A program made the translations under genes and the position numbers. Of a stretch of 64,000 bases of DNA, positions 34,694 to 47,983 are shown one piece after another (positions within the stretch are counted from its first letter, which is position 1; the number at the start of each line of letters is the position of its first letter). The notes below the pieces were generated by a model. The model saw only the letters and a list, made by a program, of their open reading frames with translations. It was not told the DNA's origin and made no database searches. This DNA comes from Octopus vulgaris (taxonomy: Eukaryota). The DNA lies in the NCBI GenBank assembly GCA_951406725.2, contig OX597814.1, positions 169,818,001 to 169,882,000 on the forward strand, read 5' to 3'.

Positions 34694-35871
34694 ATTAAGT
34701 GGTGTCAAAAAGTTCCTGGACTAGTTATGTTTAATAAAAAAATAACTTATTTACCTAAATTTTAGTATCATCTCCTTTGAAATAGTCGTCTTGCGCAACA
34801 GCAGTTCTAGCGTTCCTGCCACTTTTGGAATCCAGCTTGGAAGTAATTTTCCCTAAGTGAGTCAAGGACCTGCTGCAATTTTCTCTTGATCTTCACACTG
34901 ACATTAAAACAGCGTCCTTTGAGCCTTATTTTCATCTTTGGGAAGAGATGGAAGTCCACAGGTGCTAAATCTGGTGAATAGGGCAGGTGCAGAAGTGATA
35001 CCATGTAATTTTTGGTGAGAAACTCACAAATGAAGAGAGCTCAGTAACAGGGTGCATTGTTGTCATGAGGAATCAAATTCTTCATACTCCTCAGATCCGG
35101 TCACTTTTGCTGAATGACCACCTTCAAACACTTTAAAACATCATTGATTGTCCTCCAACGATCCTCATGCAAAATCTGATGAATTTACTCCCAATTTCTA
35201 GGGGTGAAGCTCTTGACAGGTCTTCCAGATTGCTCATCATCTTCCAGGAATGTTCTTCTGCTTTTGATGCTCCTGTGCCACTCAAAACATTGCATTCGGC
35301 CATATGCCACATTGCTGCAATCTTGCCATAGCAAGCTCAATGTCTCTGTAACAGACTTCCCAAATTTAATGCAAAATTTCACATTGGCTCTTTGTTTCAA
35401 CTTCCTGTTCATGATAAAATTGCAAACTCCAGCATACATGTGATCACAAAACACAAATTCTACAATTTGCAAAGTAGACACTGCAATGTCACTTGGCAAA
35501 CTGCTTCAAAGGAGATGATTTTTAAATTTAGGTAAATAAGTTATTTTTTAATTAAATATAACTAGTCCAGGAACTTTTTGACACCACTTAATAAACACCT
35601 AGTAAAATCCCACCACCACCACTACCCCCATGCTGGACAGTTGAAAAGACAGAGGCCAGACTAACATGGACCACTTCTTCCTAGGAGTAAAAAATGGGTT
35701 TGCATAGGGATCAACACCACTACCTGGAAAAAAGCAAAATTACAAAGGCATCAATGAAAATTCAACCAAGCATGAAGGTCACTGCTAGTTCTCACTGTAG
35801 ATGCAGTTGTGTGTTGCCATCTGTTGGTGCACCACAGAACTAGTTCAGGACCATTTTGATATCACATCATA
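34694..35871 (-). mobile_element. mariner transposon relic, internally deleted
   Basis: QRANVKFCIKFGKSVTETL..FEWH..LEDDEQSGRP (HTH) and LPYSPDLAPVDFHLFPKMK..LKG..FQKWQER; TIR-like ends at 34694-34725 and 35838-35871. Confidence 0.85.
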
Positions 35872-36289
35872 TACTCTGCTGGCTTAATTCTCCGGTTCAT
35901 TGAGGCACTCAAACCACCACATCATAACAAGGGCTGGACCTTGTGGCAGTCTGTTTCCTTAAATGCTTTTGGTGAGAAGACTTCGATTTTGCGCTGCAAT
36001 CAAGAATATTTCAGTCTCAGCTTTACATATTTTTTTGTATATCTATTTTCATTCTGTTTATTTTTTTTTTTTTTCATGTTTTGGACATATGGTAACTTTT
36101 TTTATGATTACTTGTGATGGCATACTGCAACTTCACTTTTATCCTTTTTACAATTTCAGTGGTTATTTCTTAATTTCTTTTTCAAAACAATCTGTCGTTT
36201 CAATTTTTGTTTAGTATTTTTGATGTCCTTTAAAGCAGAACAGTGTTTTTGTTTTTTGTATCCTTTCTTTTTCGCAGTTTGTATAGTTT

Positions 36290-37320
36290 TATTGAATATT
36301 TTTTACTTAATATATTTGTCTTATAGTGGGTATTTTCTAGTTTCTGGTTGCATAAGGCCTATACCACCTTGTAATTATGATAAATAATCTTTCAATGTCA
36401 GATTTTGGGAGAGACAGTTATGATTTTCCTTGTTTTCCTGTCTAGACTAGCTAGTTCGTTTAGCATCCAGTTCTGAATTATAACTATAACTTATTACTCA
36501 GACATCTAGAGCATTAATGCTTATGTTATCTCTGTTTTAAATATTAATCTAATATGTATACAATATGCCTTCTTAATCTTTTCTATCATTTATATCGTTC
36601 ACTGTCTAATAAAATAGGTTCTGAGCATTTGTTAGTCCTTGTTAGGTATAATTCTCTAATCCCTGTTTCTTTAATTAGTATGAAATTAGTGTTGGTATTT
36701 TTTCTCTCTTCAAAGTGACCTTGATGCATTTTTCTCATGTCAATCTGACATAATTTTTCATAATAAAGCCATATAGTGTTTGCAACAATAACTCTAGTTA
36801 TTTAACATTTGCTGTCTACAATTCGAGGTCACCCATATACAAAAGATGATTTATTGTCCTTCCTCATGTTGTATCTGAGTACAGACTAGTTTAACTTTTT
36901 GGTTAAAGGTGTAACTACTGGGTAGAAAAGAAATAGAGAGAGGGAGCCCTCTTGGAATATTCCATTTCTAAATGGGATGGAGGTTAGGTTTTATAATTCC
37001 TACATTTTGCAAGTATCTATACAATTATTTGCTATATATTTGATGTACCTACTTATTATTGCTGCTTACTCATGGCTAGTAACCCCTGGATCCATTAATG
37101 GGAACACTGTTAAAAGCTTTCTGGTAGTCAATTCATTCCACGCCATGCGCAGATTTTTCATTCTCCTTCATCCATCTTCAGTTTTGGCAGTGATGATCAG
37201 TAATTGATCTTCACATCTATAGAAGCTTTTGCAGCATCCATTCTACACTTCAGGAAACAACAGATTTTTTTTTCCAAATATTTATTCTATGTGATTTTAT
37301 GGTAGCTAAGGCTTTGTAAG
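36290..37320 (-). mobile_element. degenerate R4-type reverse transcriptase core
   Basis: Minus remnants GCCKSFYRCEDQLLI, GIFQEGSLSLFLF (from GIFQGDSLSPLLF) and HLLYMGDLEL (from YMDDLKL); many stops. Confidence 0.6.
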
Positions 37321-37959
37321 CTTTAAGAATTCCTTGGAAGTCAGGCTACTTATCTGTAATACAGAAATTAATTAAGCTCAGACCACTGGTAGAACACTTA
37401 GGACAAGATACAAACAAGGTCACCATGCTCTTCCATCAGACAATTTTGATACATTAATAAACAGAATTGCATGCTCAACCCAGGATACTCTAATTTTGGT
37501 AGCAAGACAGGAAGAACAATAACAAGTATGCTGCTTCCTTCTGAGAATGGACCTTTGCACCTGAAATACAAAGGTTTTTGTAAAACTTTCTGCATTGTTG
37601 AAAGCTTTCTTATTTTCCTTTTCTTTTTCTACTTCTGTTCACAATGCTTCAAGCAAACTACAATGCTCTTATATACAAAATTAAATTAAATTTAGCTCTT
37701 GAAGCCAAGATGAACAAAATACAGGATGAAATTATGGAATACATTGAACAATGAGGTCTGTCAACAAGAAAAAGCAACTGGAGATGATTGTGTGAAGAGC
37801 AATTCTAACAGGAAAGAGAATTGGTAGTTTGACATTAGCCGTTGAACAAAGAAAGATGGAATGGAAGACAAAGTAACTTGTAGCGGGTCAGAAGTCAAAA
37901 TTAAAGAAGCAGGCCCATTTAGTGGAATAGAATCCAGGGAAACCATGTAAAGGTATTAT

Positions 37960-38172
37960 GGCAGAAACATTAGCACACTGGGCGAAATACTTAGCGGTAT
38001 TACATCTGCCGCTAAGTTCTGAGTTCAAATTCCGCCGAGGTCAACTTTGCCTTTCATCCTTTCGGGGTTGATAAATTAAGTAAACTGGTGTCGATGTAAT
38101 CGACTTAATTCGTTTGTCTGTCCTTGTTTGTCCTCTCTGTGTTTAGCCCCTTGTGGGTAGTAAAGAAATAGG
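37960..38172 (+). mobile_element. SINE family B
   Basis: Family body; aggtattatggca / aggtattgtggca flank duplication. Confidence 0.8.
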
Positions 38173-39095
38173 TATTGTGGCAAGGTTAGAACTGAACAGA
38201 GAAGGGGAAGAAGGAGGCTACAGCAAGGAAGAAAAGACAGGAGAGAGGGAGGAGGGGGGAGAGAGAAGACAAAGCAAGTAGAGGTGGTTACTGAGAAATA
38301 CAGTAATTTGATGAAGATTATCAAAATGAAGAGAAATTAATTAAGCGTGGACTACAGGTAAAACATATATGACAAGATATAAGAAGGTTACTATGCTCTT
38401 TCATCAGCTGTTGAGTGCATGTCAAGGCAATTTCAGCTCATAAATCAACAGATCTACACACATATCCCAGCACAGCACACCAGGGTTTTGGTGTTGACAG
38501 GAAAGCAACAAGTATACAAAATTATACAAAAAATTAGATCTTAAGATTTAGATAAACTAAATGCAGAATGATGTTACAAGACATCTTAAACAGTGGGGGG
38601 TTTCTTAACAAGAAAAAGAAAAAATATAGCCGCAAACTGGAGACGATTGTGCAAGGTGTAAGGCAGATCTTTGTGGTTATTGTCACTGCATGTCAAAATC
38701 TTTAAAAAATTCTTTTAATGTATCACATAGATGTAATTTTTGATGCTGAATCTGAATTTGTTATTGATTTATTCCAGAAAAATTTTGTGGAAATGTTACA
38801 GGTGTTCAAAGTTTCAGAATTTTCAGCCAATCAGAAAACAGAGCATTCACTGCCTCCTCCATTATCTGTCACAGTAGCAAGAGAGGTGGGAGTACCAGCA
38901 TGTAAAACATTAAACTAGCTACAGTAAACAGTGAAAAACATTAAAAGATTCACAAACAAATGAAATATCTAAAAGCTACGAGCAAACCAACAGAAGTTGC
39001 AAGAAATAACAGTCAAAACATTGCTTAAAGCAGACATAAGTTTAAAAACTTAAGAACGAAAGTTTGCAATACACTCTAGGATTTTATAAAACAAA

Positions 39096-39481
39096 CTAGC
39101 AGTATCGCCCGGTGTTGCTCGGGTTTGTAAGGGAAATAACTATATAAGCATTTTTAGAGAGTTATAGCCAAAAAATAGCAAAAAATGCATTAAAAATGGA
39201 AAAAAAATTATGGTAATTTTTTTTTTAAATCGTTGACTCATCGTAGACATTTTTAGAGAGTTACTTCCCTTATATAATAGCGAAAAAAATGCATTAAAAT
39301 GGAAAAAAATGATGGTAAATTTTTTTTAAATCGTAGACTCATGCTAATACCCAGAAAGGCTCGATATGAATCACAACTATAAGATACCCGGTTTTGGTTA
39401 AACTGCACCACAAAATGTGGGAGTAGTTAGGAATCTAAATCGTAGGAGACAGACACACAACTTCACTTTTATATATAAAGA
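39096..39481 (-). mobile_element. non-autonomous Helitron
   Basis: Minus strand A|TC...CCCGAGCAACACCGGG hairpin...CTAG|T; no TSD. Confidence 0.8.
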
Positions 39482-39954
39482 TTACGTTTCCCATATCTCT
39501 TCTCCGCATAAATTCACAAAAATAAGAGTCAACCATGGAACGATGTGTCCCACACTAGCGTTTGTTTCCATGCTTTAAAGATGCCCAGGTACTCTCAACT
39601 TGTTGATTACACTCAGTTTGGTAGTTGCACTCCTTGTGCGCATGTACAGCATCTTTGGTTATTATAGAAATAGAGTTCTTTACAATCAGCTATGGAACAC
39701 GTGGTGCTTCTTTGCTTAGTATGCTAACAGAACTTCACGGTGATGTGTAAAATACTTGCTTCTGATTGGCTAAAATACCTGAATTTTGCAAATTTTAAAG
39801 GCTAATAACTTTTTAATTATGAATTTATAGGTAAAAGGAATTTCATTTTCATAATTAGTATACAAAACTTAATACTTATACCAAGGATATATGCAGAGAT
39901 TCAATTGTGTTCAGTTGTATTATTTAAGAGAGAACCTTGTACTGGATATAGGCA

Positions 39955-40200
39955 GCTCTAGCAATGATATTTTTAAAACTGTGTAGAAGAATAGAAGAAT
40001 TTTGAGCCCTGGTATAGCTTTTATGTCTTGTTCATGTTGTTCTTTATCATAGCCAGTTTTCCCAATTATTATTGGTACTATTTTCACCTTTAAACCCGCA
40101 CATCCTGCTTATTCCAATTTCAAGATCTTTTTACTTTGACAGTTTCTCCACCTTCTTCCGGATGATGTTTTGTTCAGAAGGGATTGAGATAATTATTGGT
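39955..40200 (-). mobile_element. R4-type LINE C-terminal remnant
   Basis: Minus: ISIPSEQNIIRKKVEKLSK.KDLEI..KVKIVPIIIGKTG..RAAYI. Confidence 0.6.
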
Positions 40201-40519
40201 TGTAGTTGTATTAAATTATGAAATAACCAACAACAGTTAATTTTTATCAAGATAACTTCAATGAAAATGTAGCAACTTTTTATACTTCCTAGCTAAATAC
40301 CAGTGGCCAATTTCTGACAAAAACAAAAACAAAAAAAAAACACAAAGGGTTTGGTTTTTAATTTTTTTCATTTTCTTTTCCTTCATATTTTAATTAGCTT
40401 CTCTGTTAAATGTATTACATCCATCAAGAGTTGTTTCAATGGCATCTGATCAACAGCTTGAAAGAGGAGCATATTTTATAAATTTTCTTTCTTAATATCT
40501 AAAGATCAGAACTCTGTTT

Positions 40520-40876
40520 CAAAACATCTGAAGTCCCTTGCTACAAAATCCTTTTATGATATCAAAACACTTCACTATTTCAAAATAACTGAAAGTCCCT
40601 AGTTACAAATCTTTGTCACTATTTCAAAATGGCCTTAACTTCCTGACTACAGAACTCCATCACTAAATCAAAATGCTAAAAATCTTTCTACACTTCATCA
40701 AAATACATCAAGTCCCTGGTTACAAATCACTCCTTTTTATTAAGAATACTCCAGATCCCTGAGTATAAAACCTCTTGCATGTATCAAAACAGCCTAAAGT
40801 CCATAGATTATAAAAATCCTTTTTTTTTTATATGAAAATAATCTAACATATTTGGTTACAAAATCCCTTCACTATA
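40520..40876. repeat. old degenerate ~42-bp minisatellite
   Basis: Recurrent tcaaaa...aagtccct.gttacaaa...cacta motif, about 8 times. Confidence 0.55.
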
Positions 40877-41110
40877 TTAACCCTTTGAGCCCTGACCTGA
40901 ACCAACATCAAAACAAGCCACATTCAACTCAGAAAGGCAGTGGACATGTTTTATCATTTTATAGTCGCAGGGTGAATGAGCAAGCTGATTGAATAAAAAT
41001 AAATCATCGTACTTTAGTGCAGATGCACTCAAACAGCAAGAGGGGTGCTACGGTATAGAGAAAAATAAGCAATCCACTGTTAAACTTTCTGTTATGAGCT
41101 CAAAGGGTAA
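40877..41110. mobile_element. piggyBac-type MITE
   Basis: TTAA-CCCTTTGAGC ... GCTCAAAGGG-TAA (10-bp perfect TIR). Confidence 0.6.
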
Positions 41111-41322
41111 AAACATCTAAAACTACAAGTCACTCTTTTAAATAATACATTTAAAAATCTCCTTATTCTGTATAAAATATTAAAAAACCCTCATAAATCT
41201 CAAAAGCTAAAGTCTCCACTATGTCATGGTCTTACTGGGTACTAAATTTTGATTACTTTGTGAAGTGGATAATTTTTAATCTGAGTAGGAATTATCCACC
41301 CTAAATGCATGTTTCTGCTGCA

Positions 41323-41737
41323 GGTGGTGAGCAGGCAGAAACATTAGCATGCTGGGAGAAATCCTTAGTGGTATTTCGTCTGCCACTACGTTCTGAGTTC
41401 AGATTCTGCCGAGGTCGACTTTGCCTTTCATCTTTCGAGGTCAATTAAATAAGTACCAGTTACGCACTGGGGTCGATGTAATCGACTTAATCCATTTGTA
41501 TGTCCTTGTTTGTCCCCTCTGTGTTTAACCCCTTGTGGGTAGTAAAGAAATAGGTATTTTGTCTGCCACTGCCTTCTGAGTTCAAATTCCGCCGAGGTCA
41601 ACTTTGCCTTTCATCCTTTCAGGGTCAATTAAATAAGTACCAGCTACACACTGGGGTCGATGTAATCGACTTAATTCCTTTGTCTGTCCTTGTTTGTCTC
41701 TTCTATGTTAAGCCCCTTGTGGGCAATAAAGAAATAA
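41323..41737 (+). mobile_element. SINE family B with tandem duplication of its 3' part
   Basis: Second unit restarts at ggtattttgtctgcc (~41553). Confidence 0.85.
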
Positions 41738-42466
41738 TTAAAAAAATGTTATAGAAGGTTTTCAATTGGCTTGAGGAATCTTTTGACAAAATTTTGTTTT
41801 ATATGATTCTGTTTAATTCAAGATTGATGATGAAAAGAGAAGATTATTAGAAAATGAATGATTAAAAAACTGTAAGTTAAGTCTAATAATCTCTGTCTAA
41901 TGTGATATACTCAACTTTCTTTTGTGGCATAGCTACACCAAGTCACTCAATGTTAAATTCATGCATTTGGTAGCCAATGCAGGCAGTGGGCATTCATAAT
42001 AACCATTTCAAATTTTGGCACGAGGCCAGCAATTTCAGGGGGAAGGGATTAGTCGGTTACATCAACCCCAGTGTTTGACTGGCATTTTATTTTATCAAAC
42101 CCAACAGAGTGAAAGGTAAAGTTGACCTCAGCAGAGTTTGAACTCAGATCATAAAGAGCTGGAAAAAATGCCGTTAAGCATTTTGTTTGGCATGTTAATA
42201 GTTCTGTCAGCTTTCTGCCTTAATGAATAATGGCTTTAAGTTTTAGCACAAGGCCAGCAATTTTTCAGTGAGAAGTGATTAGTTGATTTCATGAACCTGA
42301 GTACTTAGCTGATACTTTATTTCATCAACTCCAATAGAATATAAGTTAAAGTGGACCTCAAAAAAGTAAACAGCCAGAAGAAATGCCATTTACCATTTTG
42401 TTTGACAAGCTAATGATTCTACCAGCTTGCCACCTTGGAATTTATAATAATAATAATAATGATAAC

Positions 42467-42500
<34 letters not shown>

Positions 42501-42506
<6 letters not shown>

Positions 42507-42912
42507 CTGAGCAAATATAAAGATCTTGAAATAGAAATTAGCAAAATGTGGAACCTAAAGACTAAAACAATACCTGTTGTCATAGGTGCCCTGGGAATGA
42601 TAGCAAAAGGGGCTGATTGCTACCTAGCTCAGATACCAGGAAACCCCAAAATGGCAGAAATTCAAAAGATAGTGCTCATGGGAACTGCTCATATCCTATG
42701 CAAAATACTTTCTATGTAATCTCATGTTTTAAAACAAGCATAATTTTCTTATGGTTTCTTAAACATTCACTAGTACAACACTAAGTACAAAACCAAATAT
42801 ATGGCACCCTAGGCATAACACCAAACATGAACTTCCAACTTGTTGTCTCTTGAGGTCTCTGGGTGAGACTTGGAGCCAACTTGTACAAATGTAAAGCAAA
42901 AGTCAAACATAG
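42501..42912 (+). mobile_element. young 5'-truncated R4/Dong-type LINE in (TAA)n
   Basis: Stop-free KLSKYKDLEIEISKMWNLKTKTIPVVIGALGMIAKG...EIQKIVLMGTAHILCKILSM* plus 3' UTR; TAA repeats on both sides. Confidence 0.9.
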
Positions 42913-43751
42913 AATAATAATAATAATAATAATATTCCACCATGGAATTTATAATAATAATATTTTCTACCATAGACACAGAAATAATAATGCCAGGAAA
43001 ACAACAACAGAATTAGGAGTTGATACTCACTGAAAACTTTTTTGAACTTAGCTAACAACAACATCCAACCTACAAATGTTAGTGATTCACATTTTAACAC
43101 AAGCTCACAGAAATGCAAGCTGCCGATATTGAAGGAGTAATTAGAAGCCGATGGTTTTATTCCCATATCAGATAAATGTGTTCCTGTGATTGCATACTTA
43201 ACATAATTAATGTAATGAAGCAAAAAGATTCTTAAACAACTGAAATTATACCAGTAATCATCATTCATCATCATCGTTTAACGTCCGTTCTCCATGCTAG
43301 CATGGGTTGGACGGTTCGACCGGGGATCTGGGAAGTCAGAAGGCTGCACCAGGCTCCGGTCTTATCTGGCAAAGTTTCTACAGCTGGATGCCCTTCCTAA
43401 TGCCAACCACTCCGAGAGTGTAAATGAAAGCAAAATGATATTAGTATTAATGACAATTGTTTCTAAAGAAAGGCAAAGGAGAGAATGTTTAAATTCAAGT
43501 TGATTATATGTGAAATGGATACATACAATAACAATTGTGTCTAATTTCTGATAAGTATAGTGACATTTCTGAACATGTTTTAGTCTTATTATATACACAC
43601 ACAAATAAAGGTTACAAGCCTTATTGAGGGACAGCAAAATCCTATGAAAGTACTGGTTAGTTACCTATACAAAGAATGTTGAACAATTACAGTTAATACT
43701 CAACTTCAAGGTAACTATATAAACTGTGGTTTATAGATATATATTTATTTA

Positions 43752-43832
43752 TTATAATAAGGTAAGAAAATAGAGAGATAATTTATAAATTATTCTTTAT
43801 TAATCATCTCTCTAATTTCTTATTTTATTATA

Positions 43833-43834
<2 letters not shown>
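43752..43834. repeat. short fold-back hairpin next to (TA)n
   Basis: ttataataaggtaagaaaatagagagat pairs with atctctctaatttcttattttattataa. Confidence 0.55.
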
Positions 43835-43886
<52 letters not shown>

Positions 43887-44020
43887 TATATACAGGGTAT
43901 CCCCCAAAATTTATACACACTTTAGTAGCTGATAACTTAATTGATATTTTTTCTTTCCAGATGAAACCTATAGGATTTAATGGATGGCAGATAGAACCTA
44001 TAGGATTTAATGATGGATAT

Positions 44021-44081
<61 letters not shown>

Positions 44082-44095
44082 TACAGGGTATATTT

Positions 44096-45350
44096 TACAG
44101 GGTATCCCCCAAAAATTTATACACACTTTAGTAGCTGATAACTTAATTGATATTTTTCTTTCCAGATGAAACCTAGGATTAATGATGGATTAATGATGGC
44201 AGTCAGATTAAGCTTTGAACAAAGAAAATTCATTCTTAAATGATACTGGAAGTGTGGAAATGCAGTTGAAGTGCAAAAACAGTTGGGGAGGGAGTTTCAA
44301 ACAGATCTACCAATGCAACTCCCTATCACTTGAATTAGAGATAAGTTTGAAGCTGATGGAACTGTTCAGAATGTCCACGATAAGCATTCCAGAAGACCCC
44401 AAACATCAACAACCCCAACAAAGCAAGGAGTACTGGAAATGAATCACCAAAGTCCAAGAAAATCTGTGCGGCAAAGCGAGTCATGAGGTAGGTATTCCAA
44501 AATCATCTGTCCAATGCATTTTGAAGCATTGTCAATGGAAAAGTTACATTCCAAGATTAGTCCATGCTATTAATGATGATGATCCAGACGAAAGAGTGCA
44601 GCATTGCGAGTGGTACTTGGAACGATGTGTAGAAGCTGCACACTTTCCAACAAAGATTTTGTGGAGTGATGAAGCCACATTCAAATTAAATGGTTCAATT
44701 AACTGCCACAATTGCACCTACTGGGGTCCTGAGAATCTGCATGTTATGGTGATACACCATGTTAATTTGATATTTGTGTGGTGTGGTTTATCATCAAGAG
44801 GATTAATTGGACCATTCTTTTGTTATGCTACTGTGACTGGTCTCCGTTTACTTGAACTTGTTGCAACAGTCTGTTATGCCAAGCATTAGAGAAGACTGAA
44901 GATGAGGAGTTTATTTTCAGCAAGATGGGGCACCCCCACACTACCATTGCTATGTTAGATCCTTCCTTGATGAGATCTTGCTAAACAGGTGGATTGGATG
45001 AAGAGGTATGGTTGAATTCACCAGACCTCACACCACTAGACTTTTTTATGGGGATACCTTAAAGACAAATTCTATGCTATGAAACATACAAGTCGCTGAT
45101 TTGAGAGCAGCTATTGGACGAGAGTGCACACAAATACCAAACAAATTCTTTTGTGATATTTGTGATTCCATTCCTTTGCGTTGTCAGCAGTGCCTGGACC
45201 AGACCGGACATCAGTTTGAAAACAGGCATTGACAAAACAATGAAATAATGTCTGTAGATTCTATTAAATTTTGAAAATGAAGTGTCTTTTAATAAACAAC
45301 TACTTTACAATTGTTTAAAGTGTGTATACATTTTTTTGGGACACCCTGTA
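44096..45350 (+). mobile_element. Tc1/mariner superfamily transposon relic (DUF4817 HTH plus DDD; rosa/DD41D-like)
   Basis: TIRs TA-CAGGGTATCCCCCAAAAATTTATACACACTTTA / TAAAGTGTGTATACATTTTTTTGGGACACCCTG-TA; [47 protein letters not shown]; frameshifted. Confidence 0.9.
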
Positions 45351-45359
45351 TATATATAT

Positions 45360-45536
45360 ATAGTTAATCCAAACATGAAAACACAAAGAGAAAACACAAC
45401 AACGCGAGGGCGTGGAACAAGTATAGTGGTATTGGATGCTCAGGAAAGAAGGAAAGAAGGAGGGTTTAACGTTTCGAGTGGAGCTCTTCGTCAGAATCAT
45501 AGGAAAAGGAAAGATCCAAAGAAGGGAAGACGGAGG

Positions 45537-45540
<4 letters not shown>
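45360..45540 (-). mobile_element. sister family of F with canonical hammerhead core
   Basis: Minus 45464-45498: GAUU-CUGACGA-A-GAGC-UCC-ACUC-GAAA-CG-UU-AAAC; downstream ttcctgagc..caatac similar to family F; in (TA)n. Confidence 0.65.
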
Positions 45541-45577
<37 letters not shown>

Positions 45578-45644
45578 CCACACACACATACATACATACA
45601 CATACACACACACACGTATATATATATGTATATACATAGATATA

Positions 45645-45862
45645 TACGAGGTGGTGCTGAAAAGTTCCTGGCTTTGGGTAAAAGAAAATACAGGAGGATC
45701 AGTTAATTATGATTTTATTTAACATATTCCCCTCTTAGATTCACACACATTACAACGGTCCTTTAGTATTTTCTGAGCCCTGTAAAAGATCTCAGAAGGT
45801 TGGACCTCCAACCAGGCCTTTCATTATACCCTTAAAACCAGGAACTTTTCAGCACTCCCTCG
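45645..45862. mobile_element. mariner-derived MITE
   Basis: Homolog of 33734-33952 with TIRs. Confidence 0.8.
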
Positions 45863-46510
45863 CTTAACTACAAAAACACAGATGACAGGCAGTTCTGGAG
45901 AATAATTTTTGATCTGAAGTGAGTAATATTGGAGATTTACAATAAGACATCACAACATATAATAATGATAAAATAAGAGAGAGAGAGAGGATAAATAGAC
46001 AGACAGACAGAGAGACATACAGAATCCAGTGTGTTTCGTGATTGTAGAATATTTCTTATGTGTTTTGCTATTGTAGGCTATTTGCATTGTCTATTTGCCA
46101 TTGTGGTCAGTGGAATAACAAGCTCAGATAGATTTAATAAAGAAGATGGATTTCATAATGCCAATGCTGGTGTCTCCTAAAACATTGACGACATAAAATG
46201 AATGTTATTAAGATCAGGTGTTTGTTAAGAAAACATGGCCATTATTATATCAAAACAGAAATTTTCAAAAGAATAAGCTCTCACCTTTTTTTCCCTTTCT
46301 CTCTCTAAATAATACAATAACTAGTGAGGTGTGCATGTAGTCAAAGCTTGCTTCACAACTAACTGGTTCTGGGTTCAGTCCTACTGTTTGGCACTTTGAG
46401 CAAGTGTCTTCTCTTAGAGACTTGGGTTGGCCAAAGCTTTGTGAGTGAATTTAGTAAATTTCAGTTAATGAAAACTGAAAGAAGCCCATCTTATATACAT
46501 ACATACATAT

Positions 46511-46738
46511 GGCAGCGAGCTGGCAGAAACGTTAGCACGCCGGGCGAAATGCTTAGCTGTATTTCGTCTGTCGTTACGTTCTGAGTTCAAATTCCGCCGG
46601 GTCGACTTTGCCTTTCATCCTCTCGGGGTCGATAAATAAAGTACCAGTTTCGCACTGGGTCGATATAATCGACTTAATCCCTTTGTCTGTCCTTGTTTGT
46701 CCCCTCTATGTTTAGCCCCTTGTGGGCAATAAAGAAAT
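46511..46738 (+). mobile_element. SINE family B, full length
   Basis: Head, body and tail intact; inserted in the TA/TACA tract of a family A SINE. Confidence 0.85.
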
Positions 46739-46784
46739 ATATATACATACATACATATACATATGTGTATATATGTATACATAA

Positions 46785-46826
<42 letters not shown>

Positions 46827-46874
46827 ACATGTATAAATATATGTGTGTGTGTATAAACACATAGGTATATGTAT

Positions 46875-47025
46875 ATGGCTGTGTGGTAAGAAGCTTGCTT
46901 CCCAACCACTTGGTTCCAGGTTCATTACCACTGTGTGGCACCTTGGGCAAGTGTCTTCTACTATAGCCTTGGGCTGACCAAAGCCTTGTGAGTGGATTTG
47001 GTAGACAGGAACTGAAGAAAGCCTG
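46875..47025 (+). mobile_element. SINE family A 5' half
   Basis: A and B boxes and CORE-like segment. Confidence 0.85.
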
Positions 47026-47797
47026 CCCTAGGCTTCAAAGAGAAATAACAGGGAGTAGCCATTGCAACAAGAGATAAGAGAGGCACAGACAGCAAAGAAA
47101 GAAATTATTTTAGCGAGCACTATGGAATATGTATATATATATATGTTTTTTGCATTTTTTTGTATTCATATTCATATTCGTGTAATATCGTCCGTTTTTC
47201 TGTCCTTGTTTCCTATACATTTGAAGGAGTCTAATGCCCTTAGCTTAGTTTTTCCTTGGGGCTGGCCAGACTGGAGCAATCTCAAGATTAAGTCGAAATT
47301 GCGAGGATGATCCGGTTCTTGACTGAAGATTAAAGGCTTAGAATGACCCGTCCGTGTTTTTTGTATCGTCTATCTGGATGTTTTGCGTTCTTGTCCCATT
47401 TTTATATTTTTTTATATACATGTATGTATATATTTGTGTGTGTATGTGTCTGTGTTTGTCCCTCCACTATTGTTCGACAACTGAGGTTGGTTTGTTTGCA
47501 TTCCCGTGACTTAGCAATTTGATAAAACAGACCGATAGAATAAGTACTAGGCTTACAAAAAATAAGTACTGGAGTTGGTTTGTTCGACTAAAAGTGATGC
47601 TCCAGTATGGCCGCAGTCAAATAACTGAAATAAGGAATAAAAGAATATATATATAAACACACACATACATGTGTGTGTGTGTGTAATATCAAAGCGTGCA
47701 GAATTCTTTTTCAAATCCGTAGTGGCCTCGCAGCTTTCTTTAATAAGTCATCTAAAAGAGTGCAAACTCTGCAGGAATCTGCTACAAGGAAATTTTG

Positions 47798-47842
<45 letters not shown>

Positions 47843-47950
47843 TGTGTGTGTGTGTGTGTGTGAGTTGGTGTCTTTTTATCTTGTCACGTTTATTATAAAT
47901 GAATGTCAACTTGTAAGTTTGAGAATGTAGATGTTAAAAGCAATGATGAA

Positions 47951-47983
<33 letters not shown>

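Noticed and set aside
38655-39885. Possible old DNA transposon with subterminal agccaatcagaa / ttctgattggct inverted motifs
   Set aside because: Termini are too divergent to define a TIR or TSD, and no transposase remnant was seen.
47280-47345. GAAA...CTGAAGA hammerhead-like arrangement
   Set aside because: Stems and the NUH site cannot be placed consistently.
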